DNA of 64,000 nt from Actinomycetota bacterium. Its GTDB lineage: Bacteria > Actinomycetota > AC-67. Location: NCBI GenBank assembly GCA_036397635.1, contig DASWIP010000080.1, positions 37,792 to 101,791 on the forward strand. Direction: 5' to 3'. This document shows positions 37,216 to 45,939 of this stretch, one piece after another. Numbering within the stretch: position 1 is the first letter of the stretch; each line of letters opens with the position of its first letter. A program made the position numbers and the translations under genes. The notes under the pieces are model-generated. The model did not search any database. It saw only the letters and a program-made list of their open reading frames with translations, and was not told the origin of the DNA.

Positions 37216-38195
37216 AGCTCGAGCAGCTGCGTACCCCGGCGCTGCTCGCGGACGCGGATGCGCTACAGCACAACATAGACACCATGGCGGCGGCGCTGCC
37301 CGGCGCGCGACTACGGCCGCACGTGAAGGCTCACAAGTGCACAGCGCTGGCCCGTCTGCAGGCCGACGCTGGGCACCGGACGTTCTGCGCGGCGACGGTG
37401 CGCGAGATCGAGGGGATGGCGGCCGCGGAACTGGGTGAGGACCTGCTGCTCGCCAACGAGACCCTTGACACGACGCGCCTCGGCGCGCTGGACGCCCGCG
37501 TGACCATCGCGGTCGATTCGCGGGAAACCATCGACGCGGCCGCGCGCGGCGGCGTGCGCGAGGTGTTGATCGACGTCAACGTGGGACTGCCGCGGTGCGG
37601 CATCGCACCGGACGAAGCCGGACGGCTGGCAGACGCCGCGCGCGCCGCCGGGCTGACCGTGCGCGGCGTGATGGGCTACGAAGGCCATGCCGTCGGCATC
37701 CCCGACCGCGCCGTGCGCGAGCAGCTCTGCGCCGACGCGATGCAGGCGCTGCAGCGCGCCCACGCCGACGTCGGCGGCGAACTGATCTCGGCGGGGGGCA
37801 CCGGCACCTACGACATCAACACCTGGGCGACCGAGATCCAAGCCGGTTCCTACGTGCTGATGGACACCGCGTACGCGCAGCTCGGCCTGCCGTTCCGGCA
37901 AGGCCTGTCGATCCTTTCGACCGTCATCAGCGTCTCCGCCGGCTGGGCGGTCGCGGACTGCGGGCTCAAGGCCCTGGGCATGGATCACGGCAACCCGTCG
38001 ATCGACGACGCCGAGGTCTGGTTCGTGTCCGACGAGCACGTCACGTTCGCGCCGTCGTGGCGCGCGCGCGTCGGCGAGCGCGTCTGCGTCCGGCCCGCAC
38101 ACATCGACCCGACCATCGCGACGCACGAGCGCATGCACCTGGTGCGCGGCGACGAGCTGCTCGACACCTGGGAGGTCGATCTGCGCGGATGGTGA
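37212..38195 (+). CDS. PLP-dependent alanine-racemase-fold enzyme (D-serine dehydratase / D-threonine aldolase-like)
   Basis: 'RLRPHVKAHKC' PLP-lysine context, 327 aa. Confidence 0.7.
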   Translation: MKLEQLRTPALLADADALQHNIDTMAAALPGARLRPHVKAHKCTALARLQADAGHRTFCAATVREIEGMAAAELGEDLLLANETLDTTRLGALDARVTIAVDSRETIDAAARGGVREVLIDVNVGLPRCGIAPDEAGRLADAARAAGLTVRGVMGYEGHAVGIPDRAVREQLCADAMQALQRAHADVGGELISAGGTGTYDINTWATEIQAGSYVLMDTAYAQLGLPFRQGLSILSTVISVSAGWAVADCGLKALGMDHGNPSIDDAEVWFVSDEHVTFAPSWRARVGERVCVRPAHIDPTIATHERMHLVRGDELLDTWEVDLRGW

Positions 38196-38680
38196 GTATC
38201 GATCCGCTGCTCGAGCAGCATTACCCAAGCGTGCGTGCGATCTTCGAAGAGGGGATCGCCGGCGGCGACGCCACGTTCGAAGCAGTCGCCCCGGATTGGC
38301 GGGGCTTCGACGATCGGTTCCTGCCGGCGTGTCGCCTGGTCGCGCGCGACGGCGGTGACGTCGTGGGGTGGGCGGCGCTCACGCCGTACTCGCGCCGCGA
38401 GGTGTATCGCGGTGTCGCCGAGGTCAGCGTCTACGTCGCGAGCAGCTCACGCGGCCGGGGCGTCGGGCGCGCGCTGCTCGAGGCGCTGATCGCATTTTCG
38501 GAGGCGGAAGGGTTCTGGACGCTGCAGGCCGGCATCTTCACCGAGAACGCGGCCAGTCTCGCGTTGCATCACGCGTGCGGGTTCCGCATCGTGGGCGAGC
38601 GTCAGCGCATCGGCCGCATGCCCGACGGGCGCTGGCGCGACGTCGTGCTGATGGAGCGCCGCAGCGCTGCGGTCGACTAG
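38189..38680 (+). CDS. GNAT-family N-acetyltransferase (phosphinothricin-acetyltransferase-like)
   Basis: 'RGRGVGRALLEALI' acetyl-CoA-binding motif. ATG overlaps the upstream stop (ATGGTGA). Confidence 0.8.
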   Translation: MVSIDPLLEQHYPSVRAIFEEGIAGGDATFEAVAPDWRGFDDRFLPACRLVARDGGDVVGWAALTPYSRREVYRGVAEVSVYVASSSRGRGVGRALLEALIAFSEAEGFWTLQAGIFTENAASLALHHACGFRIVGERQRIGRMPDGRWRDVVLMERRSAAVD

Positions 38681-39210
38681 TCGGACCGCACGGCGAAAGA
38701 GACACAGGTGTCTCTGACGTTCGGGAGCAACTCGATGATCGCGCGCCGCCCGTCTTGGCCTTCCCAGTCGGGCATCTCGTGGCCGAGCGAGATGCGGAAC
38801 GACCGGAACGCGATCGCGAGCATGTCGGCGACGTGCAGGCAGCCCTCGTCGCGCGGGATGCGCTGCTTGAGCTGCTCCTGGTTGCGTCGCCACACGCTCG
38901 CACCGATCAGGCCGGCCAGCGCCGACATCGCGCGCGGGCACGTGTCGAACGGATGCTTGAGCATGCGCCCCGCGGCCTCGGTCACCGTGCCCTCGGTGTC
39001 GACGCGCAGCGCGATGCGCATCGAGTGGAAATCGTCGTCCAGCTCGGTCACCGAGATCCAGCCGTCCTCGACCGCGTGCAGATGGGTCTGGAACGAGCGC
39101 TCGAAGCGTCGCTCGCCGGCGCGCGCGGCCGCGGTGAGCTGCTCGTAGGCATCAGCGATCGCGTCGGCGTCGGGCGACGGCGTGGTCCAACGAGGTTCGG
39201 GCATGTCCAC
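38677..39210 (-). CDS. Hypothetical protein (possibly DUF2889-like)
   Basis: 177 aa, coding-like. The family assignment is from memory and uncertain. Confidence 0.4.
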   Translation of the reverse strand: MDMPEPRWTTPSPDADAIADAYEQLTAAARAGERRFERSFQTHLHAVEDGWISVTELDDDFHSMRIALRVDTEGTVTEAAGRMLKHPFDTCPRAMSALAGLIGASVWRRNQEQLKQRIPRDEGCLHVADMLAIAFRSFRISLGHEMPDWEGQDGRRAIIELLPNVRDTCVSFAVRSD

Positions 39211-39244
39211 GGATGCTACTCGGCCCCTGCTAGCCTCGCGCGCG

Positions 39245-40303
39245 ATGAGACGGGTCGGGATCGTCGCGGTCGCACAGACCGATCATGCGCGCCACCGCGA
39301 CGATGCGACCGCCGCCGAGTTGCTCTATCCGGTGGTCAAAGAGGCCGTCGCCGCGAGCGGGCTCTCGCGCCACGAGATCGACTACACCTGCGCCGCGTCG
39401 TCCGACTTCCTGGAGGGACGGCCGTTCTCGTTCGGCTTCGCGTTGGACGCCGCGGGCGCCGTCCCGCCGATCGAGGAGTCACACATCGAGGGCGACGGCG
39501 CTTGGGCAGCCTACGACGCGTGGGTGCGCATCCAGGCGGGGCTCGCCGATTCTGCGTTGGTCGTGGCCTGGGGCAAGTCGAGCGAGGGATCCCTCCCCCA
39601 CGTGCTGAACGCGACGCTCGATCCGTTCTGGGAGTCGCCACTTGGGCTGGACGCGGTCGCGCTCGCTGCGCTGCAGGCGCAGGCGCTCGGGCTGCCCGAC
39701 GAGCAGCTTCACGCGATCGTCGCGCGTAACCGCGCGGCCGCACGCGCGAACCCGCATGCGCAGATCACCGCCGAGCCCGACCCGGCCTCGCCGTTCATCG
39801 TCGAACCGTTCCGACGCGAGCACCTCCCGCCGATCTCGGACGGCGCGTGCGCGCTCGTGATGGCGGCCGAGGAAGTGCTCGCGCGGCTGGATGCGCCGGT
39901 CGCGTGGATCGGAGCCGCCGCGCATGCATCCGACGCGGCGAGCATCAGCGCGCGCGACCTCACCCTCGCGAGCAGCGCGCGCGCCGCCATCGCCGCCGCG
40001 GACCCGGATCGGGATTGGCGCATGCTGGACGTCGCCGAGGTGATGGCGCCGTTCCCGCACCAGGAGCCGATGCTGCTCGAGGCGTTCAGCATCAACGTCG
40101 GCGCAGTGAACCCCTCGGGTGGCGCGCTCGCCGCGAACCCGATCATGGCGACCGGCCTGGTGCGCCTTGCCGAGGCCGCGCTGCAAGTGACGGGAACGGC
40201 GGGCCTGCGGCAGGTTCCGGGCGCGCGACGCGGGCTCGCGCACGCGACCGCCGGGCACTGCCTGCAATCCAACATCGTGTTCCTGCTGGAGGGAACACCG
40301 TGA
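39245..40303 (+). CDS. Thiolase-like protein (SCP2 type)
   Basis: 'VGIVAVAQTDH' start, condensing-enzyme fold. Confidence 0.7.
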   Translation: MRRVGIVAVAQTDHARHRDDATAAELLYPVVKEAVAASGLSRHEIDYTCAASSDFLEGRPFSFGFALDAAGAVPPIEESHIEGDGAWAAYDAWVRIQAGLADSALVVAWGKSSEGSLPHVLNATLDPFWESPLGLDAVALAALQAQALGLPDEQLHAIVARNRAAARANPHAQITAEPDPASPFIVEPFRREHLPPISDGACALVMAAEEVLARLDAPVAWIGAAAHASDAASISARDLTLASSARAAIAAADPDRDWRMLDVAEVMAPFPHQEPMLLEAFSINVGAVNPSGGALAANPIMATGLVRLAEAALQVTGTAGLRQVPGARRGLAHATAGHCLQSNIVFLLEGTP

Positions 40304-41436
40304 GGCCGGTCGCCGTCCTGGGCGTCGGCCAGACCGACCACGCCAGCGCGCGCACCGACGTGTCGCTGCCGGGCCTGATCCGCGATGCGATCGACCGCGC
40401 GCTGCTCGACGCTGCGTTGGAGCATGACGACATCGACGCGGTGATCCTGGGGACGGCGCCTGACTTCTTCGAGGGCGTGATGCTGCCCGAGTGGTGGCTG
40501 GCCGGCGCGCTCGGCGGCATCGGCAAGCCGGTCCTACGCGTCCACACGATGGGCTCAGTCGGCGGTGCGACCGCGATCACAGCCGCGGCGCACGTCGGCA
40601 GCGGTCTGTTCGAGCGCGTGCTTGCGGTCGGATTCGAGAAACATTCGGAGTCGCAGGCGTTGTGGGGCCTCACGCCGCGCAACCCGTTCGGCCGCACGTT
40701 CGGCGCCGGCGCCGGCGCCGCGTTCGCGCCGATCTGCCGCGCGTATATGCAGCGCCACAGCGCGCCGGCCGAGATCGGGCCGCGCGTCGCGGTGAAGGCG
40801 CGCGCGAACGCGCTGCGGAACCCCCACGCGCATCTGCGCTTGGACCTGACGCTCGACGAGGTGCTCGCGTCGCCGATGCTGTGGGACCCCATCCGGCGCC
40901 TCGAATCCTGTCCGCAATCCGACGGCGCCGTCGCGATGATCTTCGGCGCGGAAACGCATGCGCGCGCCGGCGCCGCATGGGTGCGCGGCGTCTCGACCAT
41001 GGCGGAGGCGCTGTCGTATCCGGGCCGGGACGTGCTGCGCGCGCCGTCGGGCGTCGAGTGCGCGCGGCGCGCGTACGCGCAAGCAGGTATCACGCCGGCC
41101 GACCTGGACGTCGCCGAGATCTACGAGCCCTTCAGCTGGATCGAAGTGCTGCTGTACGAGCTGCTCGGGTTCTGCGAGCCTGGTGAAGGCTGGCGGATGT
41201 TCGACCACGGTGACACCGACCTCGGAGGCCGCCTGCCGGTGAACCCGAGCGGTGGCGTGCTCTCGACCAACCCGATCGGCGCGAGCGGCATGCTCCGCAT
41301 GGCGGAAGCAGCGCTGCAGGTGATGGCCCGCGCCGGCGAGCGGCAGGTGGACGGCGCGCGCACCGCGCTCGGTCACGCCTACGGGGGCACGCTGAGCTAC
41401 CACGCGTGCATGGTGCTGTCGAAGGAGAAACCGTGA
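40300..41436 (+). CDS. Thiolase-like protein (SCP2 type), paralog
   Basis: 'VAVLGVGQTDH'. GTG overlaps the upstream stop. Confidence 0.75.
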   Translation: MRPVAVLGVGQTDHASARTDVSLPGLIRDAIDRALLDAALEHDDIDAVILGTAPDFFEGVMLPEWWLAGALGGIGKPVLRVHTMGSVGGATAITAAAHVGSGLFERVLAVGFEKHSESQALWGLTPRNPFGRTFGAGAGAAFAPICRAYMQRHSAPAEIGPRVAVKARANALRNPHAHLRLDLTLDEVLASPMLWDPIRRLESCPQSDGAVAMIFGAETHARAGAAWVRGVSTMAEALSYPGRDVLRAPSGVECARRAYAQAGITPADLDVAEIYEPFSWIEVLLYELLGFCEPGEGWRMFDHGDTDLGGRLPVNPSGGVLSTNPIGASGMLRMAEAALQVMARAGERQVDGARTALGHAYGGTLSYHACMVLSKEKP

Positions 41437-42362
41437 CCTTCGTCCGCAGGCCGCTCGACATCGAATACCCGTACACGCACTCGACCGGGCCGGTCGTCGG
41501 GCGCGCGCTCGCGGCGCTGCGCGACGGCGTGCTGCTGGGCGCGCGCTGCTTGCAGTGTGGCGCGGTCGGTGTGCCTGCGCGCGACTGGTGCGAGCGCTGC
41601 GGCGGCGCTGTTGCCGACCTGGTGCCGGTCGGCCCCGGCGGCGTGGTGCGCCACGTCGCGCGCGTTCACCGACCGACCGCGCTCGCGCCCACCGTCGAAG
41701 CATGGGCGTTGATCCGGCTCGACGGCGCCGACACGGACCTTCTCTACGCGGTCCGCGGCGACGTGCAGCCGGGGGGGCGCGTGCGTCCAGTCTGGCGTGA
41801 GCAGCGCGCCGGCTCGATCACCGACATCGAAGCCTTCGAGCCAGGCGAGCCCGAGGACGTTTCAGCTGAAACGTCCTCGGCACCGATCGAGATCTTCCAC
41901 CGTCACGTCTCGCTGCCGTTCACCCTGTCCGCGGGCACGCAGCTCAGCCGCTACTACACCGACATCCGCGAGGGCCGCGGCCTGCACGGGGTACGCTGCT
42001 CGCGATGTGACATGGTGCTGGTGCCGCCACGCGAGGCCTGCCCGCGTTGCTGGGCCGACACCGAAGACTGGATCCCGATCCCCGACCGTGGCATCGTCAC
42101 CAGCTTCGTCGTGGTCAACGTGCCGTTCCACGGCCAGCAGATCGAGATCCCGTACGTGCTCGCGTGGGTGCGCCTCGACGGCGCCGACACATCGTTCCTG
42201 CACCTGCTTAGCGAGATCGATCCGTCCGACGCGCGCATGGGCATGCGCGTCGAAGCCGTCTGGCGCGAGCAGCGCTCCGGCTTCCCCAACGACGATATCG
42301 ACCACTTCCGCCCCACCGGCGAGCCCGACGCGCCGCTGTCGGACTTCATCGAAGGGCTCTAG
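41433..42362 (+). CDS. Tandem double DUF35 (Zn-ribbon/OB-fold) protein
   Basis: Two ribbons ('CLQCGAVGVPARDWCERCGG' and 'CSRCDMVLVPPREACPRCW'), each followed by an OB-fold segment. GTG with SD 'GAAGGAG' overlaps the upstream stop. Confidence 0.75.
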   Translation: MTFVRRPLDIEYPYTHSTGPVVGRALAALRDGVLLGARCLQCGAVGVPARDWCERCGGAVADLVPVGPGGVVRHVARVHRPTALAPTVEAWALIRLDGADTDLLYAVRGDVQPGGRVRPVWREQRAGSITDIEAFEPGEPEDVSAETSSAPIEIFHRHVSLPFTLSAGTQLSRYYTDIREGRGLHGVRCSRCDMVLVPPREACPRCWADTEDWIPIPDRGIVTSFVVVNVPFHGQQIEIPYVLAWVRLDGADTSFLHLLSEIDPSDARMGMRVEAVWREQRSGFPNDDIDHFRPTGEPDAPLSDFIEGL

Positions 42363-42526
42363 GACACCACGAAGAGTGCCCGCAACGCCTCGCCCGAGGC
42401 CAAGATGCCGTGGGAACCAATCTGGCAGGAACTAGGCGTCAACTCGTCGAAGCCGACGGCATCGGGAGCCGCCCTTCACGAGAGCGAGGACGGCACGGTC
42501 GGTCGGTGACACAAGTATTCCTGACG

Positions 42527-43348
42527 CTAGCCTGGCAGTTCAGCAATCCACAGAATCGACGAGCCATGAAACGGGCTGGTGGCGATCTCGACCTCATAGC
42601 TCCAGTCGCCCTTAGCGTCGGTTGCGACAGCTGCCCACGGGAACGGTCCAAGGGAGGGATGAATCCGGGGGTCCAGTCCCCACGAGCTATCGCCGTCTCC
42701 ATCTGGCCCCTTGATGGACAGGCTGCCGGCCTTAGAGTGTAGAAGCGCGAATAGGTATCCACCATTCTGACGAACTTCCCTTAGACCGACGGCTGCCGAG
42801 GCTCCCAGGAGTCCGGCACCGGTACCAATGTTGAAGTCGGCTACTGAGTACTGGTAAGCCACGCCTCCTGAGCGACTCGGTTCTGGATCCCCCTCCACCA
42901 GAACGTGGCATTGAATCGTTCCTCCCCAGGAAGCCCAAATGACCCTGAGGCGCGTATTCTCTTCGGATGTTGTCTCACTCATGACCACTGGACGTACGGA
43001 TCCCTCCGTTAACACGACCTGCTGCTTTGCCCCGGTGAGAGTGAGATCAGCCCGCACGCTGAGGTCAGGTTGAATTCCTAGCCATGAGGCGCTGAGGCCT
43101 CCCGCTTCAGCCTCCATGGAATACGCCTGAAAAATCCGGTGCGGCGAGGACTCAGAGTCTCCAGGGACCGTGCACTGCAGCTCCCAATTGGTATCCGCCT
43201 CCGGCAAGAAAGCATCGACGTAACCCACCGGAACTGACAACTGCTCGCGCGTCTCTGGAGCTAAGGGGGCCTTGGCCTGAACAATATGCGGGATTAGCCC
43301 GGCACACAGCGCCAACGCGACCACGGTGATTGCGCCCGGTCGAATCAC
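42527..43348 (-). CDS. Secreted hypothetical protein with atypical codon usage (likely horizontally acquired)
   Basis: Signal peptide 'MIRPGAITVVALALCAGLIPHIVQA'. Frequent TTA/CTA/ATT/AAT/TCT codons and lower local GC than the flanks. Confidence 0.6.
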   Translation of the reverse strand: MIRPGAITVVALALCAGLIPHIVQAKAPLAPETREQLSVPVGYVDAFLPEADTNWELQCTVPGDSESSPHRIFQAYSMEAEAGGLSASWLGIQPDLSVRADLTLTGAKQQVVLTEGSVRPVVMSETTSEENTRLRVIWASWGGTIQCHVLVEGDPEPSRSGGVAYQYSVADFNIGTGAGLLGASAAVGLREVRQNGGYLFALLHSKAGSLSIKGPDGDGDSSWGLDPRIHPSLGPFPWAAVATDAKGDWSYEVEIATSPFHGSSILWIAELPG

Positions 43349-43494
43349 TTGGCCGGCCCCTCATCCAAGTACATGATCACCTTCGCCTTGAGAAGATGCG
43401 AACCAAGTACACAGTCCAATGGAACGGAACGGCCGGCGCATCCCTGGATCCCCCATGACCGGCATGCTTCCCTGCGGATCGGGCAGCTTCCTGC

Positions 43495-44655
43495 TCATCC
43501 GCGGGGCAGGCCGAGCGCGCGCTCAGCCAGGATGTTCTTCTGGATCTCAGTGGTGCCCGCGCCGATCGTTGTCATGCGGCTCCACACCTCGTCGTGCGCC
43601 CACGAGCCGTCGTCGATCGCGTCCGCGTCACCCTTCCAGCGCAGCCCGTCCGGCCCGAACGCGTGCATCGCCGCTTCGGCGAGGTCTTGGGACACCAGGC
43701 TCCAGTGCAGCTTGCCGATCGGAACCTCGGGCCACGGGTCGTCGCCGCGCGCAGCCTTGGTCACAGCGCGCAGCGCCGTCAGCCGGATGATCTGCACGCG
43801 CACGTACAGATCCGCCAGCTCCTGCTGCAGCGCGGCGGCGCGCACCGGATCGGACGGCCACGATTCTTCGTGTGCGAGCAGCTGCTCGAGCCGCTGCCGG
43901 AGGTTGATGCCGTAGGTGACGGTTCCGACGCGCTCGTGCGTGAGCGTCGCCATCGCGACGCGCCACCCGTCGCCCTCGTCGCCGAGCCGGTCGACGACCG
44001 GCGCGCGCACCTCGGTGAAGAACACCTCGTTGAACTCGGTCCCGCCGGTGATCTCGCGCAGCGGCCGCACCTCGACGCCGGGCGCGCGCATGTCCACCAC
44101 GATCATCGACATGCCGCGGTGTCGCTGCTCGGACGGATCGGAGCGGCACAGCAGCAAGCATCGATCCGAACGGTTCGCGCGAGAGATCCACACCTTCTGC
44201 CCGGTGATCACGTACGCGTCGCCGTCGCGTTCGGCACGAGTCGCGAGCGCCGCGAGGTCGCTGCCGGCGCTCGGCTCGCTGAAGCCTTGGCACCAGATCT
44301 CGTCGGCGGCGAGCATCGGCGGCAGCCAGCGTTGGAGCTGCTCGTCGGTGCCGTACTCGAGGATCGCCGGGCCGATGTTCCACACGCCGATCGAGTTGAT
44401 CACCGTGGGCGCGCGCGCCTCGGCCAGTTCTTCTTGGTAGATGACTCGTTGCGCGACCGAGGCTTCGCGGCCGCCCCACGCGCGCGGCCAGCCGGGCGCG
44501 ACCCAACCGGCGTCGGCGAGACGCCGTTGCCACGCGCGCCTGAACTCGAATGCGTCGTCGGCATCGCCGGGGAGCGGGCCGGGATGGTTCGCGGCGAGCC
44601 ACGCGCGTAGCTCCGCACGGAACGCGGCATCCTCGGGAGTGTCGTCGAAATCCAT
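43495..44655 (-). CDS. Acyl-CoA dehydrogenase
   Basis: ACAD N/M/C domain pattern and C-terminal 'GAGTTEIQKNILAER'. Confidence 0.8.
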   Translation of the reverse strand: MDFDDTPEDAAFRAELRAWLAANHPGPLPGDADDAFEFRRAWQRRLADAGWVAPGWPRAWGGREASVAQRVIYQEELAEARAPTVINSIGVWNIGPAILEYGTDEQLQRWLPPMLAADEIWCQGFSEPSAGSDLAALATRAERDGDAYVITGQKVWISRANRSDRCLLLCRSDPSEQRHRGMSMIVVDMRAPGVEVRPLREITGGTEFNEVFFTEVRAPVVDRLGDEGDGWRVAMATLTHERVGTVTYGINLRQRLEQLLAHEESWPSDPVRAAALQQELADLYVRVQIIRLTALRAVTKAARGDDPWPEVPIGKLHWSLVSQDLAEAAMHAFGPDGLRWKGDADAIDDGSWAHDEVWSRMTTIGAGTTEIQKNILAERALGLPRG

Positions 44656-44797
44656 TTCAGAACGTTATCCGGTCGAGCAGCTTGCCCGCCTCGCCGATCT
44701 GCTCGCAGTAGACGAACATGCCGCGCACCTTCTCGATGCTCACGCGCGCGCATCATCGCATCCGATGTCCGCCGCCGAGTAACCGGGGCATCAGGCG

Positions 44798-44858
44798 CAC
44801 ATCCCCCCGAACTTGTCCGGATCCTGCAGGGTGTACTGACACCATCCCGGACGAGAAC
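44798..44858. repeat. About 61-bp direct repeat, copy A (carries a truncated 5' fragment of the DUF559 gene)
   Basis: About 87% identical to 45766..45826. The minus-strand reading 'MVSVHPAGSGQVRGD...' parallels the DUF559 N-terminus 'MVPVQPAELGQARGD...'. Confidence 0.7.
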
Positions 44859-44873
44859 CGGTGGGCGGAGCGG

Positions 44874-45812
44874 TCACGGTGCGTCGTGGAGGGCCGCCCA
44901 GATCGCGGCGACTAACCTCTCCGGGCGCGCGAGGTCCCTCCAGGTGACATGGATGACCCGCCAGCCGAGCAGCGTCAGCGCGTTGCGCCGTGCCAGGTCG
45001 TGCTCCCAGGGCATGCGGCCGGAGTGCCACCGGTAGCTGTCCGCCTCGATCGCCAGCCGGGCATCGGGGAACGCGAAGTCCACCACGGCTACGGTCCGCC
45101 CACCGCTCCTGATCCGGTACTGGGGAAGCGGTTCGGGCAGACGGGCGCGCCGCAGGACCCGCAGCAGCCGCGACTCCAGGACGCTCTCCGGAGGAGGATC
45201 CGAGGGAGCGCGCGCTTCGAGCAGGGCGCGCATCACTGCGATGCCGGGCCGTCCTCGCTGGTCTCCACGGACGTGCCAGCGCATGCGCGCGATGGAGACG
45301 AGGCGGCGGCGGAGCGCGTCGTCCAGCGCCTCCTCGACCGCATCTCTCGACGCCACCGCCGCGATGTCGATCAGCGTGCGCGCCGGAACGGTCACGGGGA
45401 TCGCCTCCACGATCGTCACGTCTCCGGCCGGAAGAGCGTTCCGATGCACGATCCCGGGTGCGATGCGGTCCCGGCGCCGGGGCACCGTCAGCTCGATCGG
45501 CCCCGGCTCGAAGCCTGCGAGACGAGGCAAGGCGGCAGCCGCGCGATGCGACGCGACGGCGCCGTCACCCCACGCGAGGCAAGCCGCAAGCAGAGACTGG
45601 CGCCATGACGGCGGGACCCCGGCGAGCCGGAACACCCCGCTCGCGCATCGCTCCCACCGGCCCACCTCGAGCCGGTGGTCGATGAAGCCACGCGTAGCGC
45701 CGAGTTCCCTCAGCTGTGCCCGCGTGAAGACCCCGTGCTGGCGTTCCGCAAGGCGCGCCACGCCCGCATCCCCCCGAGCTTGTCCGAGTTCTGCAGGTTG
45801 TACTGGCACCAT
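44874..45812 (-). CDS. DUF559 / AbiEi-N-like domain protein (Vsr-fold endonuclease-like family, multi-copy in actinobacteria)
   Basis: N-terminal 'FTRAQLRELGATRGFIDHRLEVGRWERCASGVFRLAG', C-terminal DUF559-like 'VDFAFPDARLAIEADSYRWH'. Confidence 0.7.
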   Translation of the reverse strand: MVPVQPAELGQARGDAGVARLAERQHGVFTRAQLRELGATRGFIDHRLEVGRWERCASGVFRLAGVPPSWRQSLLAACLAWGDGAVASHRAAAALPRLAGFEPGPIELTVPRRRDRIAPGIVHRNALPAGDVTIVEAIPVTVPARTLIDIAAVASRDAVEEALDDALRRRLVSIARMRWHVRGDQRGRPGIAVMRALLEARAPSDPPPESVLESRLLRVLRRARLPEPLPQYRIRSGGRTVAVVDFAFPDARLAIEADSYRWHSGRMPWEHDLARRNALTLLGWRVIHVTWRDLARPERLVAAIWAALHDAP

Positions 45813-45826
45813 CCCGGACGAGAACT
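45766..45826. repeat. About 61-bp direct repeat, copy B (spans the 5' UTR and start codon of the DUF559 gene)
   Basis: Pairs with 44798..44858. Confidence 0.7.
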
Positions 45827-45939
45827 AACACGGGCGCATGGCGATGTCGCGCTCAGGTGACCGGGTCGAGCACATCGGGGCGATTTACCACCGCGTCGGC
45901 GACGTCCTCCACACACGCGACGTCCGCGCGCAGCCTCCG

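Noticed and set aside
44791-45030. 79-aa and 68-aa minus-strand ORFs containing 'PGWCQY.LQ' (the second at 45710..45916)
   Set aside because: They are readings through the 61-bp direct repeats in a non-gene frame. The real gene in that region is the DUF559 CDS.
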